Source: a virus
Lineage: Duplodnaviria; Caudoviricetes
DNA length: 64,000 nt
Strand: one strand, 5' to 3'
Virus record (IMG/VR): IMGVR_UViG_3300022671_000005
Coordinates: 78,117 to 142,116 of that record
The notes beneath the pieces were generated by a model, which was not told the origin of the DNA, did no database searches, and saw nothing but the letters and a program-made list of their open reading frames with translations. This document shows positions 19,401 to 29,560 of the stretch, piece after piece. The first letter of the stretch is position 1. Each line of letters opens with the position of its first letter. Both the position numbers and the translations under genes were made by a program.

Positions 19401-20199
19401 AGCCATTGCACAACATGTGCATGAGAGATCAGATATACTTGGAGAGCCTGTGGCTAATACAGGAGCTGTTTCAGTTCCACATGGATATGCTGTAGGTTTA
19501 GATGATTTGGGTAACTATAGATTATACACCGATGCAACATATTCGTTTGTTGGAGTAAACACTAACGGTGATGCTCCTGTTGATGATATCATGCACATTA
19601 AGTGTCTTGGTATAAATGATGCTGTAGTTATTGATTCTGCGACACTAACTCATGGTGATGCTCTACGTGTTGATCTCACTACTGGTAGATTGACAATATA
19701 TGTGCCAGGTACTAAAATTTCACCTGTAGTCGCTAGATTTATCAAAGACCTTGATGGAACATATGCAGTAGTTCAACTAGTAACTCCATTCTGGCCAGAA
19801 AGGTTTATGATGCAATTAACATCCATGGGTGTTGTAACTCCTGGATCTACTAACATATTAGAAGATGACTACGAAGGTGGTAAATTCATATATGTCGGTG
19901 ATGATTCTTACTTGTACAGAGCCAGGGCTAAATATAAGGTTCCATCTGCGGTCGCAGCTGCATTTGATATATTGAAAGATGCAGTGTCAACTACCACAAC
20001 TGGTAGTAACCGAATGGTTCCAAATGCCAGTGCTGATACTTATGGTGCATGGTACTATCCAGACGGTGGTGAAACTGCACTATTCAAAACTGGAGATGAG
20101 ATAAGACTAGCTGATGATTCAGTTGGATCTATAGATGGTGAGGATCTCACCATACAGTTTGAATTCGAAAAACGAATACTCTGGAACCAGAGAACATAG
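16498..20199 (+). CDS. Large repeat-containing tail fibre/appendage protein
   Basis: Three ~62-aa repeats (FTVADITxRDAL...GD...DxDGxG) and two ~330-aa repeats (TGFVDND...ITLTHPSG); acidic and beta-rich. Confidence 0.65.
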   Translation: MSIPIYNELLVNYTIEQELALSGSITAQTNTKYTASGSYTLNLPNVLTTPLGSVIIVEQSSGTTTVEDHTSRRDLFDEDEELDTDTVESGETEGYYLHYSYGRRMWVKLNNILFSEGGGGGGTADPLEVFTVADITTRDALPIGVAPGEVSEGDVAVVLDSDGEGTKQNYTYFTATGWILSTELTSTYTETFFAADVAGRDLLPTGTGVNNVSIGDNVIVADGDGNGNKVVFQWTGAGGYVIVFSEANQAEEIFTVADITERDALTIGPGVDEVSNGDTVKVLDYNGYGYSALYTYYDDTGYVLTSTYGNEALEKLGSETSEVTGFVDNDAIVSSYNSTTRQITLTHPSGEIKYVWRNTVRSLASPYVSPSHPDVNDNYFLSMVDGSNPTWSTTPWEFHHIQMGFVSYNKIPSVEIGVRETHGIMPYETHRELHFNFGTWKEDGSGKLTTGTYILNDDTDDGSITPGVDVAYLNDEDLRSTLATLLQGTYTVHYLNGAGVSSFSVDEPLPFRTDGTWIYANPKVGSVYTDTPLSNGEFVNVWCIMIPTMSDVTSQKFRFVWQTGQHIYNSLEAALQETTQSLNLGDLGILSAEFTVGIRLTFEAKNVYSTSGNAVIANVDYISGTSKNLLTGTGTTELSQALLDVADLTLEQTGFVDNDNVGVSYNKTNRTITLTHPSGIINYLWRDRIRQLTSPWTSDPHTDAAGVYYLKSSDGVNFTWENDRHPYSDLLVAYVAYQMPNVTDGGSIKLLYGFMQHDSQHVLSHIAGAFKEPNTGELTVGTFTIEPATPTDADNTPGVDSTTVVDQDLTTILPALTQGSYTQHVLGVGGESTFIKGASFPFKVDGSDTLVANIADTNGDYTDVVVPNGKFVNLYLIAIPVADDVDSQSYRYIWQIGQKIHSAIDLAKSESPIELDLGEMQELAINFVVLAKLTLIVRSSYTTTGKCRIENVQYYQGVNSVLISQEMRAIAQHVHERSDILGEPVANTGAVSVPHGYAVGLDDLGNYRLYTDATYSFVGVNTNGDAPVDDIMHIKCLGINDAVVIDSATLTHGDALRVDLTTGRLTIYVPGTKISPVVARFIKDLDGTYAVVQLVTPFWPERFMMQLTSMGVVTPGSTNILEDDYEGGKFIYVGDDSYLYRARAKYKVPSAVAAAFDILKDAVSTTTTGSNRMVPNASADTYGAWYYPDGGETALFKTGDEIRLADDSVGSIDGEDLTIQFEFEKRILWNQRT

Positions 20200-20220
20200 T
20201 CCCAGGGTATAATAACTATG

Positions 20221-20254
20221 CTTCAGTAGATGGAGCATAATCCATCTACTGAAG
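20221..20254. terminator. Long hairpin, 14-bp arms
   Basis: cttcagtagatgga-gcataa-tccatctactgaag. Confidence 0.6.
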
Positions 20255-20285
20255 TGTAATTTTTTAACCTAAGGATTTAAATAAA

Positions 20286-23200
20286 ATGATAATTGTAGGA
20301 TCTGATAATAAATATTTGTTTAGAAAATTTGGTGATAGAATATTTGATCTTGATCCAAAGACACATTTGCCTGTAGCAAACGCATCTGGTGAATTTGAAT
20401 CGTGGGAAGACTTCTCTGAAAATCAAGCTGATCTTGATTCAACAATTGAAACGCTTAGTCCAGATAGTGATTTTGAATTTGAAACATCATTGACTGATGG
20501 CATATCTTTAAATGATGCTATAAGAAAAAAGTTTGATTGGCATACTGGTTTGACTAGAGATGAAAGTTGGTTATACATGTCAGCTGATAAATTAGTTGAA
20601 GTCCCAACCTTCTTGTTTAACACTATAACTGACGAAATATCTATAACCTTCCAAACATATGGTGGTTCTAGGTATAGTGATGTTGACAACTGGTTATTCC
20701 ATGGTGCTAGAAAAGACGATGGTGGTGTTGTTGTCGGAGCTAAGGTTACTGACGCATCTGGGAATATCGAATTTGTGACTGGTTCACAAGTAGGCGATAT
20801 CAACACTACTGAAGATTTATCTGTTTCAGTTCCAAATTCTGACGATAGTGAATTGATCACATGGACATTTATAAAAAATGCTACAACTGGATATATTCGT
20901 TTATATAAAAACGGAGTTGAAGTCGTAAATAGTTCTGGCAACACTCTTGACATTGCCGATATAGAGAGATTCGTTATAGGTGGAACTTTCAATTCAGAAT
21001 ATTGGAATGGAAGAATTTCATTCTTTAGGATTGACAATGTTGAATTAACTCCAGAAGTGATTAACCATCTTGCTTATCCTAACAATGCATTACAAAGTTG
21101 GCCTGAAGCAAACTTTAATACTATGGCTTTAACCACACTGACTGGTGGAAGTGAAACTGGAACAGCTACAGTTCTCGGTACAAGTGTTGGTTTGAGACTA
21201 TCTGGTGAAGCAAGACGTGCTTTGGATTTAAACTTTTCTCCAGCTAATGTTGGATACAATACATATTTAGAATTTGATTTTTACTCCTCATCAGAAGGTG
21301 ATCAGCATGCAATCGCTATTCTAGATAGTGATGGTTCTACAGATTGGACAAAAGCTTTCCAGATCTTTGGAAGTGTAACTACACAAGGAGATCAGACTTA
21401 TAATGATTATCAATTAAGTGATGGTTATAAACATTACAAAATACCTATTGGTCAAATATTAGGAAATCTAGATAATCATGACATTATTGGTTTTATAAAT
21501 ACTGGTAGTGGAAATTCTGATTTTTACAATGTTAGAGTTGTAGAAGAGGTTATTGAAAATACTACATTAATAGATTTAAGCAATCTAGATGAAAGTATTT
21601 ATTTTTCTGCTGGTGATATCACATTGGCGAGATGGTATGACGCATCAGATACATCCACTATCCTACATACTTCTGGAAGAGTGTATCAATGGAATGATAA
21701 AAGTGGTTCCAACAAACATGCCACACAAAGTACAAACAGTGATAGACCATCAACTGGTACAAGAAACATTAATGGATTAAATGCACTAGATTTTGATAAT
21801 GCAGCAAACTGGATGGAAATACCGACTCAAAGTTTCAACCCATCCATTCCGTTTGGCATTTTCGCTGTAGGTAAACAGGATGTTAATGATAGTGGCGGTG
21901 GTATCGTAGGTTATTCTGACAAAGGGGATAAAATCCTTGTCGATTTAAATGATAATCTATTTGTTAGAGCCTCTAATAGTGGTTCAGGGAATACCACCAC
22001 ATGGACCAGAGCTAATAACAATTTCCAATTGAACGTCATACGTGATAGTTCAGACGTAATCAAATCCAGTATTTCAGGAGCCACTCAAGTAACACTTGGT
22101 AATGACGACGGATATTCACAGTGGAGCTATATTGGAAGGGTAGATGCCAATCCGCCCACACAATGCTTCAACGGATTAATTGCAGAAGTGATAATGATCA
22201 GTGGACCAATATCTACAACCACTCGTCAAAAGATAGAAGGGTATCTAGCTCACAAATGGGGATTAACCGGAAACCTACCTTCCAATCACCCATACAAAAA
22301 CACTAGACCATTGAAACAAGGTGTAATTGATACTATATCCTCAAATAGTATAATCGTAGATCAAAATGTTGATTTGGCATATAGCATCAGTTATGATGTA
22401 ACCTCTGAAACAAGGCTTGAGTTCAACCTTAGAGGTAATGTTGAAGATGATCAGGTTATAATTGCTGTACAAGATAATCTTACTGGATATGAAGCAGGTG
22501 ATCACGCCTTTAAGCTTTGGGGATCAGGAGTAGCTCCACCAAATGTTAATAGTGACTATGATAACTATCCAGGTGGCAATGTTCATAAAAGATATTCAAT
22601 ACCTATAGGATCATATTTTACAGGTAATCAAACATATTTGAAATTTGTAATGGGTAGTACACAAACCAATGCAAATTTATCATTATCAAATGTGGAGTTG
22701 GTAGAACCACCAACAATACCTGCAGATGATGATGATAGTGCTATAATTACTTATCAGTTAAGTGAAACTGGAGGTGGTAAAGTTACAGACACTTCAGGCA
22801 ACGAAAATCACGGTATGATAATTAAAGGTTTGTATGATAACCCATATGCTGGAAGAGCATTAGATTTTAATAATCTATTTAAAGCCAGTGGTGATTACTT
22901 TACAAACATGGCATTGCAAATTACCTTTGATGAAAGTCTTAATGGTAAGTTTTTTGATAAAGTTAATAACGCCCCTATCTACCTTCTAGGCGATGCTACA
23001 CTTCAAGAAAGGGTAATAAGTCCTTCTGGACATTCAGCCTTGTTTGAAGGAACAGACTATTTAGCAATAGATTACACCATGCCAGTAATTAATGCATCTA
23101 TGTCATTTAGGTTTAAGACAACCAACTCTGGAACCATGTGTATGGCTGCAACAGGTCTTGGTCAAACAATAACTGGTGCAGATAGATATGTTGAATTAGT

Positions 23201-24953
23201 TAATGGTGAAATCCAAGCTGAACTAAATGGAGAAACCATAATTAGTTCTGGTTTAACTTTAAATGATGGACAATGGCATCATGTGGTTTATTCGTACGGA
23301 ACAACTTTAGGTGGTCAGAGATTAATAGTTGATGATGTGATAGTTGCTACTGGTTCACAAACTACTAGTTTAGAGACAGACCATGATCATGTTGGTTTAG
23401 GCGCTAGAAATGCAGGAATCAATGACTTTGTTGGTGAACTGGATGACTTTAGAATATATACTGAAGTCATATCAGAAGTTAATGCTGCAACTATACGTGA
23501 TAACTTTGGCACTGATGGATCTTATGACAGAGGTAGAAAGTTATATATGGAAGGGAGTAGTTTTTGTACACTAGACCTTTCATCAACTGTTACTATATCT
23601 GAAGATACCATAATTGAGTTTGACTTTGAGTCAACTGAAGAAGGTGAGTGGCATGGTTTAGTCTTCACTAACGATAATGGTAAGTCAGATTTCATTGAAG
23701 CTATAAAGTTATTTGGAACAGAAGATGTTTCTGATGACATAATTGATCATTATGATTACACTTTGGTAGATGGTGTTAAACACTACAAGATACACATAGG
23801 TCAACTTATAACTTTAGACACTTACCAATATCTATCATTCATAACTAACAATGATGCATCCCCAACTATAGGGAATAGTTCATTTAGTAATATTCAAATA
23901 TACGATAATCCCACAGTTTATAACACTGTGAACAATGAGTCAAGTATTGTTCTGTCTGGAAATGAAATATTGCAAATAGATACAGTTCCAGATATACAGG
24001 GAGTTGATCATTGTTTTGTATTCGCAGTTAAAACTAAATATGCTAATCAAACATTAATTAAACGTGGTGATGTTAGTGGTGAAGCATATGAAATATCTAT
24101 AGATGAAAATGGTGATCTGAAAGTAACCTATATATCTAGTGGAGTTGAATATTCGTTAACTACAGTGTATCAAGTTGATGATAATTTGACACATGAGATA
24201 TGTGTATATACCGACTTTACTAACAAAACAGTATATGTCTTTTTTGATGGTGAAAGTACTTCATCTGTATTGGCACAATTACCTTCTACAGAACCAACAG
24301 GATCCTTATTCTTGGCTGGTCATGATGGTAGTGGTACTGATCAATATGTAGTTCCCTCTATCTTTGCAGGTGAAATCAACTTCTTCAGAATCAAAACTGG
24401 GTTGACTAGTATAGTAGAAGCATTGGCTTTGAGAAGAAGAATTGATGCTGAGACACCACCTTTGGGTGTTAGTATAAGAGAGGGAGAGTCCCCGATCTTA
24501 TTCACTCAAGGAACAGTTCCAATAGATAGTTATGGAACTATTATCATGGCAGTTAAAATGCCATCTTCTTTGACTTCTAAGATAACTGCATTGAGTGGTA
24601 TAGATCCTGGATTAAACAAAATTAATCTTAGAGCATCTTCTTCTAACTTCTTATCATTTGAAAGAGTATTGGATGCAGAGTATACTTCAGCACATGCAGT
24701 ATCAGCTAATGAAACATTAGTTTTAGCATTTACTTCTGTAAGTGGTGAAAATTTTATGCATATAACTAAAAATCTTAATGGTCGTCAATCCATTGCAACT
24801 GCTGGTGATTATAAATTGCCAACAGAAGTGGTTGGGTTGAAAGGACCATTTGAACTAATAAGGATAGTTGGATACTCTAATCCTCTAACTGAGGTTCAAG
24901 AAAGGTATCTAATCCGACAAATAATGAAACATCCTAGTGTAGGACTTCTATAA
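20286..24953 (+). CDS. Multi-LamG/ConA-like lectin domain virion protein
   Basis: LNDGQWHHVV...FVGELDDFRIY, RLYKNG...WNGRIS and WYDASD...WNDKSG...FNGLIAEV...EGYLAHKWGL modules, plus a thrice-repeated EF(D/N)...Y(K/S)I(P/H)IG module. Confidence 0.75.
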   Translation: MIIVGSDNKYLFRKFGDRIFDLDPKTHLPVANASGEFESWEDFSENQADLDSTIETLSPDSDFEFETSLTDGISLNDAIRKKFDWHTGLTRDESWLYMSADKLVEVPTFLFNTITDEISITFQTYGGSRYSDVDNWLFHGARKDDGGVVVGAKVTDASGNIEFVTGSQVGDINTTEDLSVSVPNSDDSELITWTFIKNATTGYIRLYKNGVEVVNSSGNTLDIADIERFVIGGTFNSEYWNGRISFFRIDNVELTPEVINHLAYPNNALQSWPEANFNTMALTTLTGGSETGTATVLGTSVGLRLSGEARRALDLNFSPANVGYNTYLEFDFYSSSEGDQHAIAILDSDGSTDWTKAFQIFGSVTTQGDQTYNDYQLSDGYKHYKIPIGQILGNLDNHDIIGFINTGSGNSDFYNVRVVEEVIENTTLIDLSNLDESIYFSAGDITLARWYDASDTSTILHTSGRVYQWNDKSGSNKHATQSTNSDRPSTGTRNINGLNALDFDNAANWMEIPTQSFNPSIPFGIFAVGKQDVNDSGGGIVGYSDKGDKILVDLNDNLFVRASNSGSGNTTTWTRANNNFQLNVIRDSSDVIKSSISGATQVTLGNDDGYSQWSYIGRVDANPPTQCFNGLIAEVIMISGPISTTTRQKIEGYLAHKWGLTGNLPSNHPYKNTRPLKQGVIDTISSNSIIVDQNVDLAYSISYDVTSETRLEFNLRGNVEDDQVIIAVQDNLTGYEAGDHAFKLWGSGVAPPNVNSDYDNYPGGNVHKRYSIPIGSYFTGNQTYLKFVMGSTQTNANLSLSNVELVEPPTIPADDDDSAIITYQLSETGGGKVTDTSGNENHGMIIKGLYDNPYAGRALDFNNLFKASGDYFTNMALQITFDESLNGKFFDKVNNAPIYLLGDATLQERVISPSGHSALFEGTDYLAIDYTMPVINASMSFRFKTTNSGTMCMAATGLGQTITGADRYVELVNGEIQAELNGETIISSGLTLNDGQWHHVVYSYGTTLGGQRLIVDDVIVATGSQTTSLETDHDHVGLGARNAGINDFVGELDDFRIYTEVISEVNAATIRDNFGTDGSYDRGRKLYMEGSSFCTLDLSSTVTISEDTIIEFDFESTEEGEWHGLVFTNDNGKSDFIEAIKLFGTEDVSDDIIDHYDYTLVDGVKHYKIHIGQLITLDTYQYLSFITNNDASPTIGNSSFSNIQIYDNPTVYNTVNNESSIVLSGNEILQIDTVPDIQGVDHCFVFAVKTKYANQTLIKRGDVSGEAYEISIDENGDLKVTYISSGVEYSLTTVYQVDDNLTHEICVYTDFTNKTVYVFFDGESTSSVLAQLPSTEPTGSLFLAGHDGSGTDQYVVPSIFAGEINFFRIKTGLTSIVEALALRRRIDAETPPLGVSIREGESPILFTQGTVPIDSYGTIIMAVKMPSSLTSKITALSGIDPGLNKINLRASSSNFLSFERVLDAEYTSAHAVSANETLVLAFTSVSGENFMHITKNLNGRQSIATAGDYKLPTEVVGLKGPFELIRIVGYSNPLTEVQERYLIRQIMKHPSVGLL

Positions 24954-25930
24954 TGCCAAATGAAAACATTACAGCAGAATGGGATTCAAGCTCATATTCT
25001 GATAATGTTATCATTGAAACTTTAGACGATGGTTCTTATCTGTGGAAGGTAGACAATAAACGGTTTACCTTCGCAGATTACACCAACGTTACGGAGGCAG
25101 ACATTCCTAACCCTTACTACCGTACAGGGTTAGAGAATGCTGTTTCTTCAGGTTCAGTGATAATAAAAGATGTGAATGTAGAACCAGATAAACCACCAAC
25201 GTATCGAATCTGGAATCTAGTACCACCTGATCAGGTACCACATGGTAATAAATCAATAGTACCTTATGCAGTTAACTATAAAGGTATTGATCTAATAAAA
25301 AGGTTGCATCCAAGGAATTGGATGGTCCATGGGTTAGTTGTACAAATAGTCTATTACGAACAGTATGATGTTGCAACAGAAACTTTTTCTAAACCAGTGA
25401 TTAGAGAAAGATGGACTTGGACCCTCGATCCGGATACCAATTTTGTACAAAGTAGAAATATCAAAATAGAATGGTTTGCTAATGAAGATGATATGACAGA
25501 TCCAGACAATTCAGTATCTGTTATACTTCCTCCACACAAAGAATATTTGAAATATTATACTGATCCTACATCTAAGATAAAAGAATTGATAAGACGTAGG
25601 ACGAATGTAACTTCCAATTTGGAACAAGATATAATCGGTATGATTATGTATACCGAAGGAATGGTAGTAACAGATGCAATATACGTTGGACAGTTATTGT
25701 TGACACAGTATAATTCTTTGAAATTAGACTTCGTTAATCATGGTACCGACGATCTTGCTAATATGTTAATGTCTCCAGATGCACATAATGATCACCCTTG
25801 GTTGGGAAATGATCTTGCAATCCTTGGATTACCAGGAGTTACTATAGCACAATATGTATACTCTGAATTAACTACAGATATATCTGATAAACTAGATACA
25901 TTCAATTTTGACGATATACCAGAATACTAA
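24953..25930 (+). CDS. Hypothetical protein (appendage operon)
   Basis: 325-aa ORF coupled to the upstream gene via TAATG. Confidence 0.65.
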   Translation: MPNENITAEWDSSSYSDNVIIETLDDGSYLWKVDNKRFTFADYTNVTEADIPNPYYRTGLENAVSSGSVIIKDVNVEPDKPPTYRIWNLVPPDQVPHGNKSIVPYAVNYKGIDLIKRLHPRNWMVHGLVVQIVYYEQYDVATETFSKPVIRERWTWTLDPDTNFVQSRNIKIEWFANEDDMTDPDNSVSVILPPHKEYLKYYTDPTSKIKELIRRRTNVTSNLEQDIIGMIMYTEGMVVTDAIYVGQLLLTQYNSLKLDFVNHGTDDLANMLMSPDAHNDHPWLGNDLAILGLPGVTIAQYVYSELTTDISDKLDTFNFDDIPEY

Positions 25931-25945
25931 AAAGATTGATAAAAA

Positions 25946-25983
25946 CTCTATCTACAGGTACCCTAGGGTACCTGTAGATAGAG
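25946..25983. terminator. 38-bp perfect palindrome centred on CCCTAGGG between convergent genes
   Basis: ctctatctacaggtaccct|agggtacctgtagatagag. Confidence 0.7.
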
Positions 25984-26014
25984 ATTATTTTACATTCGAG
26001 TACAGTGTATCACA

Positions 26015-26854
26015 TTACGGTTTATTGGGTGGTTTAGTACCACTATTTATTGAACCCGTATTATGTTGTATAATTGGTTGATTAGATTTTTCATTTGGTT
26101 TAAAAAACCTATCGGCAATCTGAATATATGTCCAAAGACATCCACCTAATGCCATAACGATATAGGCAAACCATCTAACAAACTTAACAAATTCCAAAGC
26201 AGGTTTACTCATATTTTCAATATTCTCATGGTCCTTTTTATTATCGCCAACTACTTTCTTTATTTCAGATCTACTTTCTTTAATAGCAGTTCTAAATTCG
26301 TCAGCTAATTTAATAACAGAACCTTCTAACCTTTTGTAGTCCCTGTCTGTACTATTGTCTAAGTTTTTTAACTGAGTATCGATAGTAGCATTTCGTTTTG
26401 CTTGGCTTTCTATATGAGCAGTTAATCTTCCATTTTGACCAGCTAATTCAGTTTCCATTTTAGCTTGAGCCTCTTTAACAGACTCCATTCTAGCTAAAGA
26501 AACTGTTAGATCACTAATACTTTTATTGAAGGATCTAAGCTCCAATGTAAATCCCTTAATAGCATCACTATTCTGAGAGTTATTTAATTTAATATCTTCT
26601 CTTAAATGATCGAACTCTCTCTTTATAGTGGTGTCTCGGGATTCAATACTACTAGTCATGGCCTCTATAAGACTCATGGATTGGGACGATTGTTCGTGTG
26701 CCCTAGAAGCTAATCTATGTGCCTCCTCAATACCAGTTATCAAAAACCTATGAGTTTCAGAAAGTTCTTCTGAACCCATAGACTCTACCTTCTCAACAAA
26801 TTGAGACTTAGGTAAAGGTTTGGGAGGAATTAACTCTTTTTCATCATTAGGCAT
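26015..26854 (-). CDS. Coiled-coil protein with C-terminal transmembrane helix
   Basis: Heptad-rich body, then WFAYIVMALGGCLWTYIQIA; SD aaggag. Confidence 0.65.
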   Translation of the reverse strand: MPNDEKELIPPKPLPKSQFVEKVESMGSEELSETHRFLITGIEEAHRLASRAHEQSSQSMSLIEAMTSSIESRDTTIKREFDHLREDIKLNNSQNSDAIKGFTLELRSFNKSISDLTVSLARMESVKEAQAKMETELAGQNGRLTAHIESQAKRNATIDTQLKNLDNSTDRDYKRLEGSVIKLADEFRTAIKESRSEIKKVVGDNKKDHENIENMSKPALEFVKFVRWFAYIVMALGGCLWTYIQIADRFFKPNEKSNQPIIQHNTGSINSGTKPPNKP

Positions 26855-26888
26855 ATTGTAACTCCTTTCAAGTGGAATACACTATACC

Positions 26889-27821
26889 TTAGGCCTCCAT
26901 CATTTTGGAGTAGACAAGTGCGAGATTGTGTTCAACAGCCATTTGCGCAACTATAACTTCACCATAGTTACTGACAGCCATGCCTAAACGACCAACATAA
27001 TCCATATACGATTTAATGAATTGTTTAGACGGGACATAAGCATCTGGGTCCTTACTCTCCAAACTGTTCTTCATAAATTCAACAGTCAAACCTACAGATT
27101 CATAAGCCTTTTCAAGACGGTTGTTGATTTCAACACTTTCCAAAAGTCTATCTTCTTGAGACAGTAAGGTCATGCGGCACGCTTTTATATCATCAATAGA
27201 TTTAAAAAGAGTGGAAAGTTTCTTAGTCTCTTTACCACGAGTTTTACCAGTGAAAAGTTTACCAAATACTTTCATGGCATTCATCTGTTTATTAAGAGAG
27301 CCTTCCAACACTTTATCAGAAACGGCAACAACATCTTCATGCGTCTTAGCACCTTTAGACATAGAGCTTAGGATGGTATCTGCTGTATCCATAGCAGTGT
27401 TTACAATTTGTCTGACATTCATAGTTGCATAAACAGATGTGATGGCTTCAACAGCATCCTTATAGGTACCAGCCATTCCTGTAGGGAAATCAACCATCAG
27501 GTCAGCGTAGGCATCCATCGTTTTACCTTCAATGCGCTTAACAGCAGAGGTGTTACTTTCATAAAAATATTTCAGCTCTGAACGTTTACCACCTTTGAGC
27601 ACAATGGCTTTAAAGTTATTGAACAACCTAAGAACCACATCATTAATAGTTCCAACAAGGTTGACAAGACCTTCGTTGTCGAGTTCTAGTTCATCAATAG
27701 AATCTTTAAGTTCATATAGACTTTCGGTAGATGTACGAACGTCTTCAATCATCTGCTGATCTTTTTTCAATTCAGAGATCACACCCCAATTAACAATGTG
27801 GGTCAAATCATACTTAAACAT
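26889..27821 (-). CDS. Putative head/virion protein (propeptide type)
   Basis: Acidic N-terminus with STES, helical body, late-type motif upstream. Confidence 0.5.
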   Translation of the reverse strand: MFKYDLTHIVNWGVISELKKDQQMIEDVRTSTESLYELKDSIDELELDNEGLVNLVGTINDVVLRLFNNFKAIVLKGGKRSELKYFYESNTSAVKRIEGKTMDAYADLMVDFPTGMAGTYKDAVEAITSVYATMNVRQIVNTAMDTADTILSSMSKGAKTHEDVVAVSDKVLEGSLNKQMNAMKVFGKLFTGKTRGKETKKLSTLFKSIDDIKACRMTLLSQEDRLLESVEINNRLEKAYESVGLTVEFMKNSLESKDPDAYVPSKQFIKSYMDYVGRLGMAVSNYGEVIVAQMAVEHNLALVYSKMMEA

Positions 27822-27907
27822 TTTAGTTTTCCTTTATATGAGTAGTTGTAAATGAAGTTAACTTTTGCATAAAATGGTCGACTTAATGGAAGTTGGTATA
27901 TAATGAA

Positions 27908-27943
27908 TACACTACTAGTGGGTCTGCACCCACCAGTAGTGTA
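27908..27943. terminator. Long hairpin with one mismatch
   Basis: tacactactagtgggt-ctgc-acccaccagtagtgta after the helicase stop. Confidence 0.55.
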
Positions 27944-27949
27944 ACAAAA

Positions 27950-29488
27950 TTAGACTGCATATTCATCATTAACATCAGACTGTGCCATAGTAGATGTAAC
28001 AGCATCTTTATAAGCATAAATGTCTAGGACCTCTTTTGATTCCGTATGAATATCATCCAACAATCCCAATGTTTCATGCAACCTATACGCAGTATATGTT
28101 TCAGTAGGTAATTTACAATATTTATGCTTAGCTATCTTCAGAGTTACAAAAGGAATACTATTAGCATTCTTCTCAATATGCATAAAGAACAATACATCAA
28201 GTTCACGCATAATACCTTTACAATCAGCTAAGTGTGCTGCACCATATTGTTTAACAACATTAATAGTTCCACTATCTGCAAGTTGTTGTGCTTCTGTACC
28301 GAGCTGAAAACCTGTTAAAGTTGTCATACCCTTATGGTTAGCATAATTACCAACTAAATTACAAAGTTTCTGCAACTTCTTAGCGTCGTTGGATTCCCCA
28401 TCTGGGAACTTCATTAGTGTAAGATAATCGATGATAAGACCTAGTACAAGATAACCTTGTTGCTCAAGCGATTCTATTTCACGAACTAATTCCTCGTATC
28501 CAAAGTCATCACCCATTTTTCTAAACACTAGAAGATGAAAACCATTCTTAGCATATTGTTCAAACACATAATCAATAATTTCTTGATCAGATAAATTTTC
28601 ACCTGTCTCACCTTCCATATTTGCATATGCTGTTTTGAACCACTCCATCTGATTTTCAAAGACTTCATTTTCTAATGAGAAGAAAACAATGGCTGGAGCC
28701 TTTTCTTTTCCTATTGCACCAGGAGTATTTAGCATAGTTAACCATCTAGCCCAATTCATCAACATGCCAGATTTATAGTGGTATGACAATGCAGCAAATC
28801 CGATAAATTCTCCAGGCACTGCACCTTCATGACTAGGACCAAATAACCTATTCAATCCTTGAAGACCAGATTTCCATGTCTTACTAACACGTTTATTTTT
28901 ATACGATTGAAGACTTCTAGCTAAAGACTTCTTATCTGACATATCAATGAAATCAATATTTTCTGCAGTGAGAGTTCCTTCTTCGTGTGAAGCAACTATT
29001 TCTTTTGCATGTTCAAGAACTTCCTTCAACAATAATTCTTGCTGAACACCATTTGTTGTTTGAGAAGCCTTCTGTTTTTTAACAAACATCTTCTTAATTG
29101 AATCGTTGTTCTTATGAAGTAAAGCCCAATTTCGAATATTCTTCTGTAAATTTGTAATTCTTCTTTTTGTTGCATCATCTTTATTATTGATTATTTCCTT
29201 TATATCATCAATAATAGTTGGGTCCTCTTTGACCAATGGATGTTGTTTAAGTTTGACTATCAAGGCTGCAACATCACCTTTTTTTGATAGATCTAAAGAA
29301 TCTCTAACTATATCTTTTACTAAAGAGATATAAAACTTAGATAGGTCATCTTGGAATTCTGAATTCTTTTCAGACTCCTTTTCAAAGATATCTACAACAA
29401 CATTTAAAATACGCTCTGTAGTTTCATCGCTCGAATATACTGCCAAACATAGGACATTTAGAAAAAAATCTGGACCTCTTTGTGTCAT
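27950..29488 (-). CDS. dnaB: DnaB-like replicative helicase (phiKZ gp118-like)
   Basis: SGLQGLNRLFG, PGEF...AALSYHYKSG (variant Walker A), FFSLEN, IIDYL, FQL and AKHK; divergent from the capsid operon as in phiKZ. Confidence 0.85.
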   Translation of the reverse strand: MTQRGPDFFLNVLCLAVYSSDETTERILNVVVDIFEKESEKNSEFQDDLSKFYISLVKDIVRDSLDLSKKGDVAALIVKLKQHPLVKEDPTIIDDIKEIINNKDDATKRRITNLQKNIRNWALLHKNNDSIKKMFVKKQKASQTTNGVQQELLLKEVLEHAKEIVASHEEGTLTAENIDFIDMSDKKSLARSLQSYKNKRVSKTWKSGLQGLNRLFGPSHEGAVPGEFIGFAALSYHYKSGMLMNWARWLTMLNTPGAIGKEKAPAIVFFSLENEVFENQMEWFKTAYANMEGETGENLSDQEIIDYVFEQYAKNGFHLLVFRKMGDDFGYEELVREIESLEQQGYLVLGLIIDYLTLMKFPDGESNDAKKLQKLCNLVGNYANHKGMTTLTGFQLGTEAQQLADSGTINVVKQYGAAHLADCKGIMRELDVLFFMHIEKNANSIPFVTLKIAKHKYCKLPTETYTAYRLHETLGLLDDIHTESKEVLDIYAYKDAVTSTMAQSDVNDEYAV

Positions 29489-29560
29489 ATACAGCTCCTT
29501 TTTGTAGTTATTATATGAATCACAACTCTCAAATCACCCCAATAAAATAAGAGGGAAAAA

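Noticed and set aside
27950-29488. Non-canonical Walker A suggesting an inactive helicase
   Set aside because: Variant P-loops are, as recalled, normal for phiKZ-family DnaB helicases, and the other motifs are intact.
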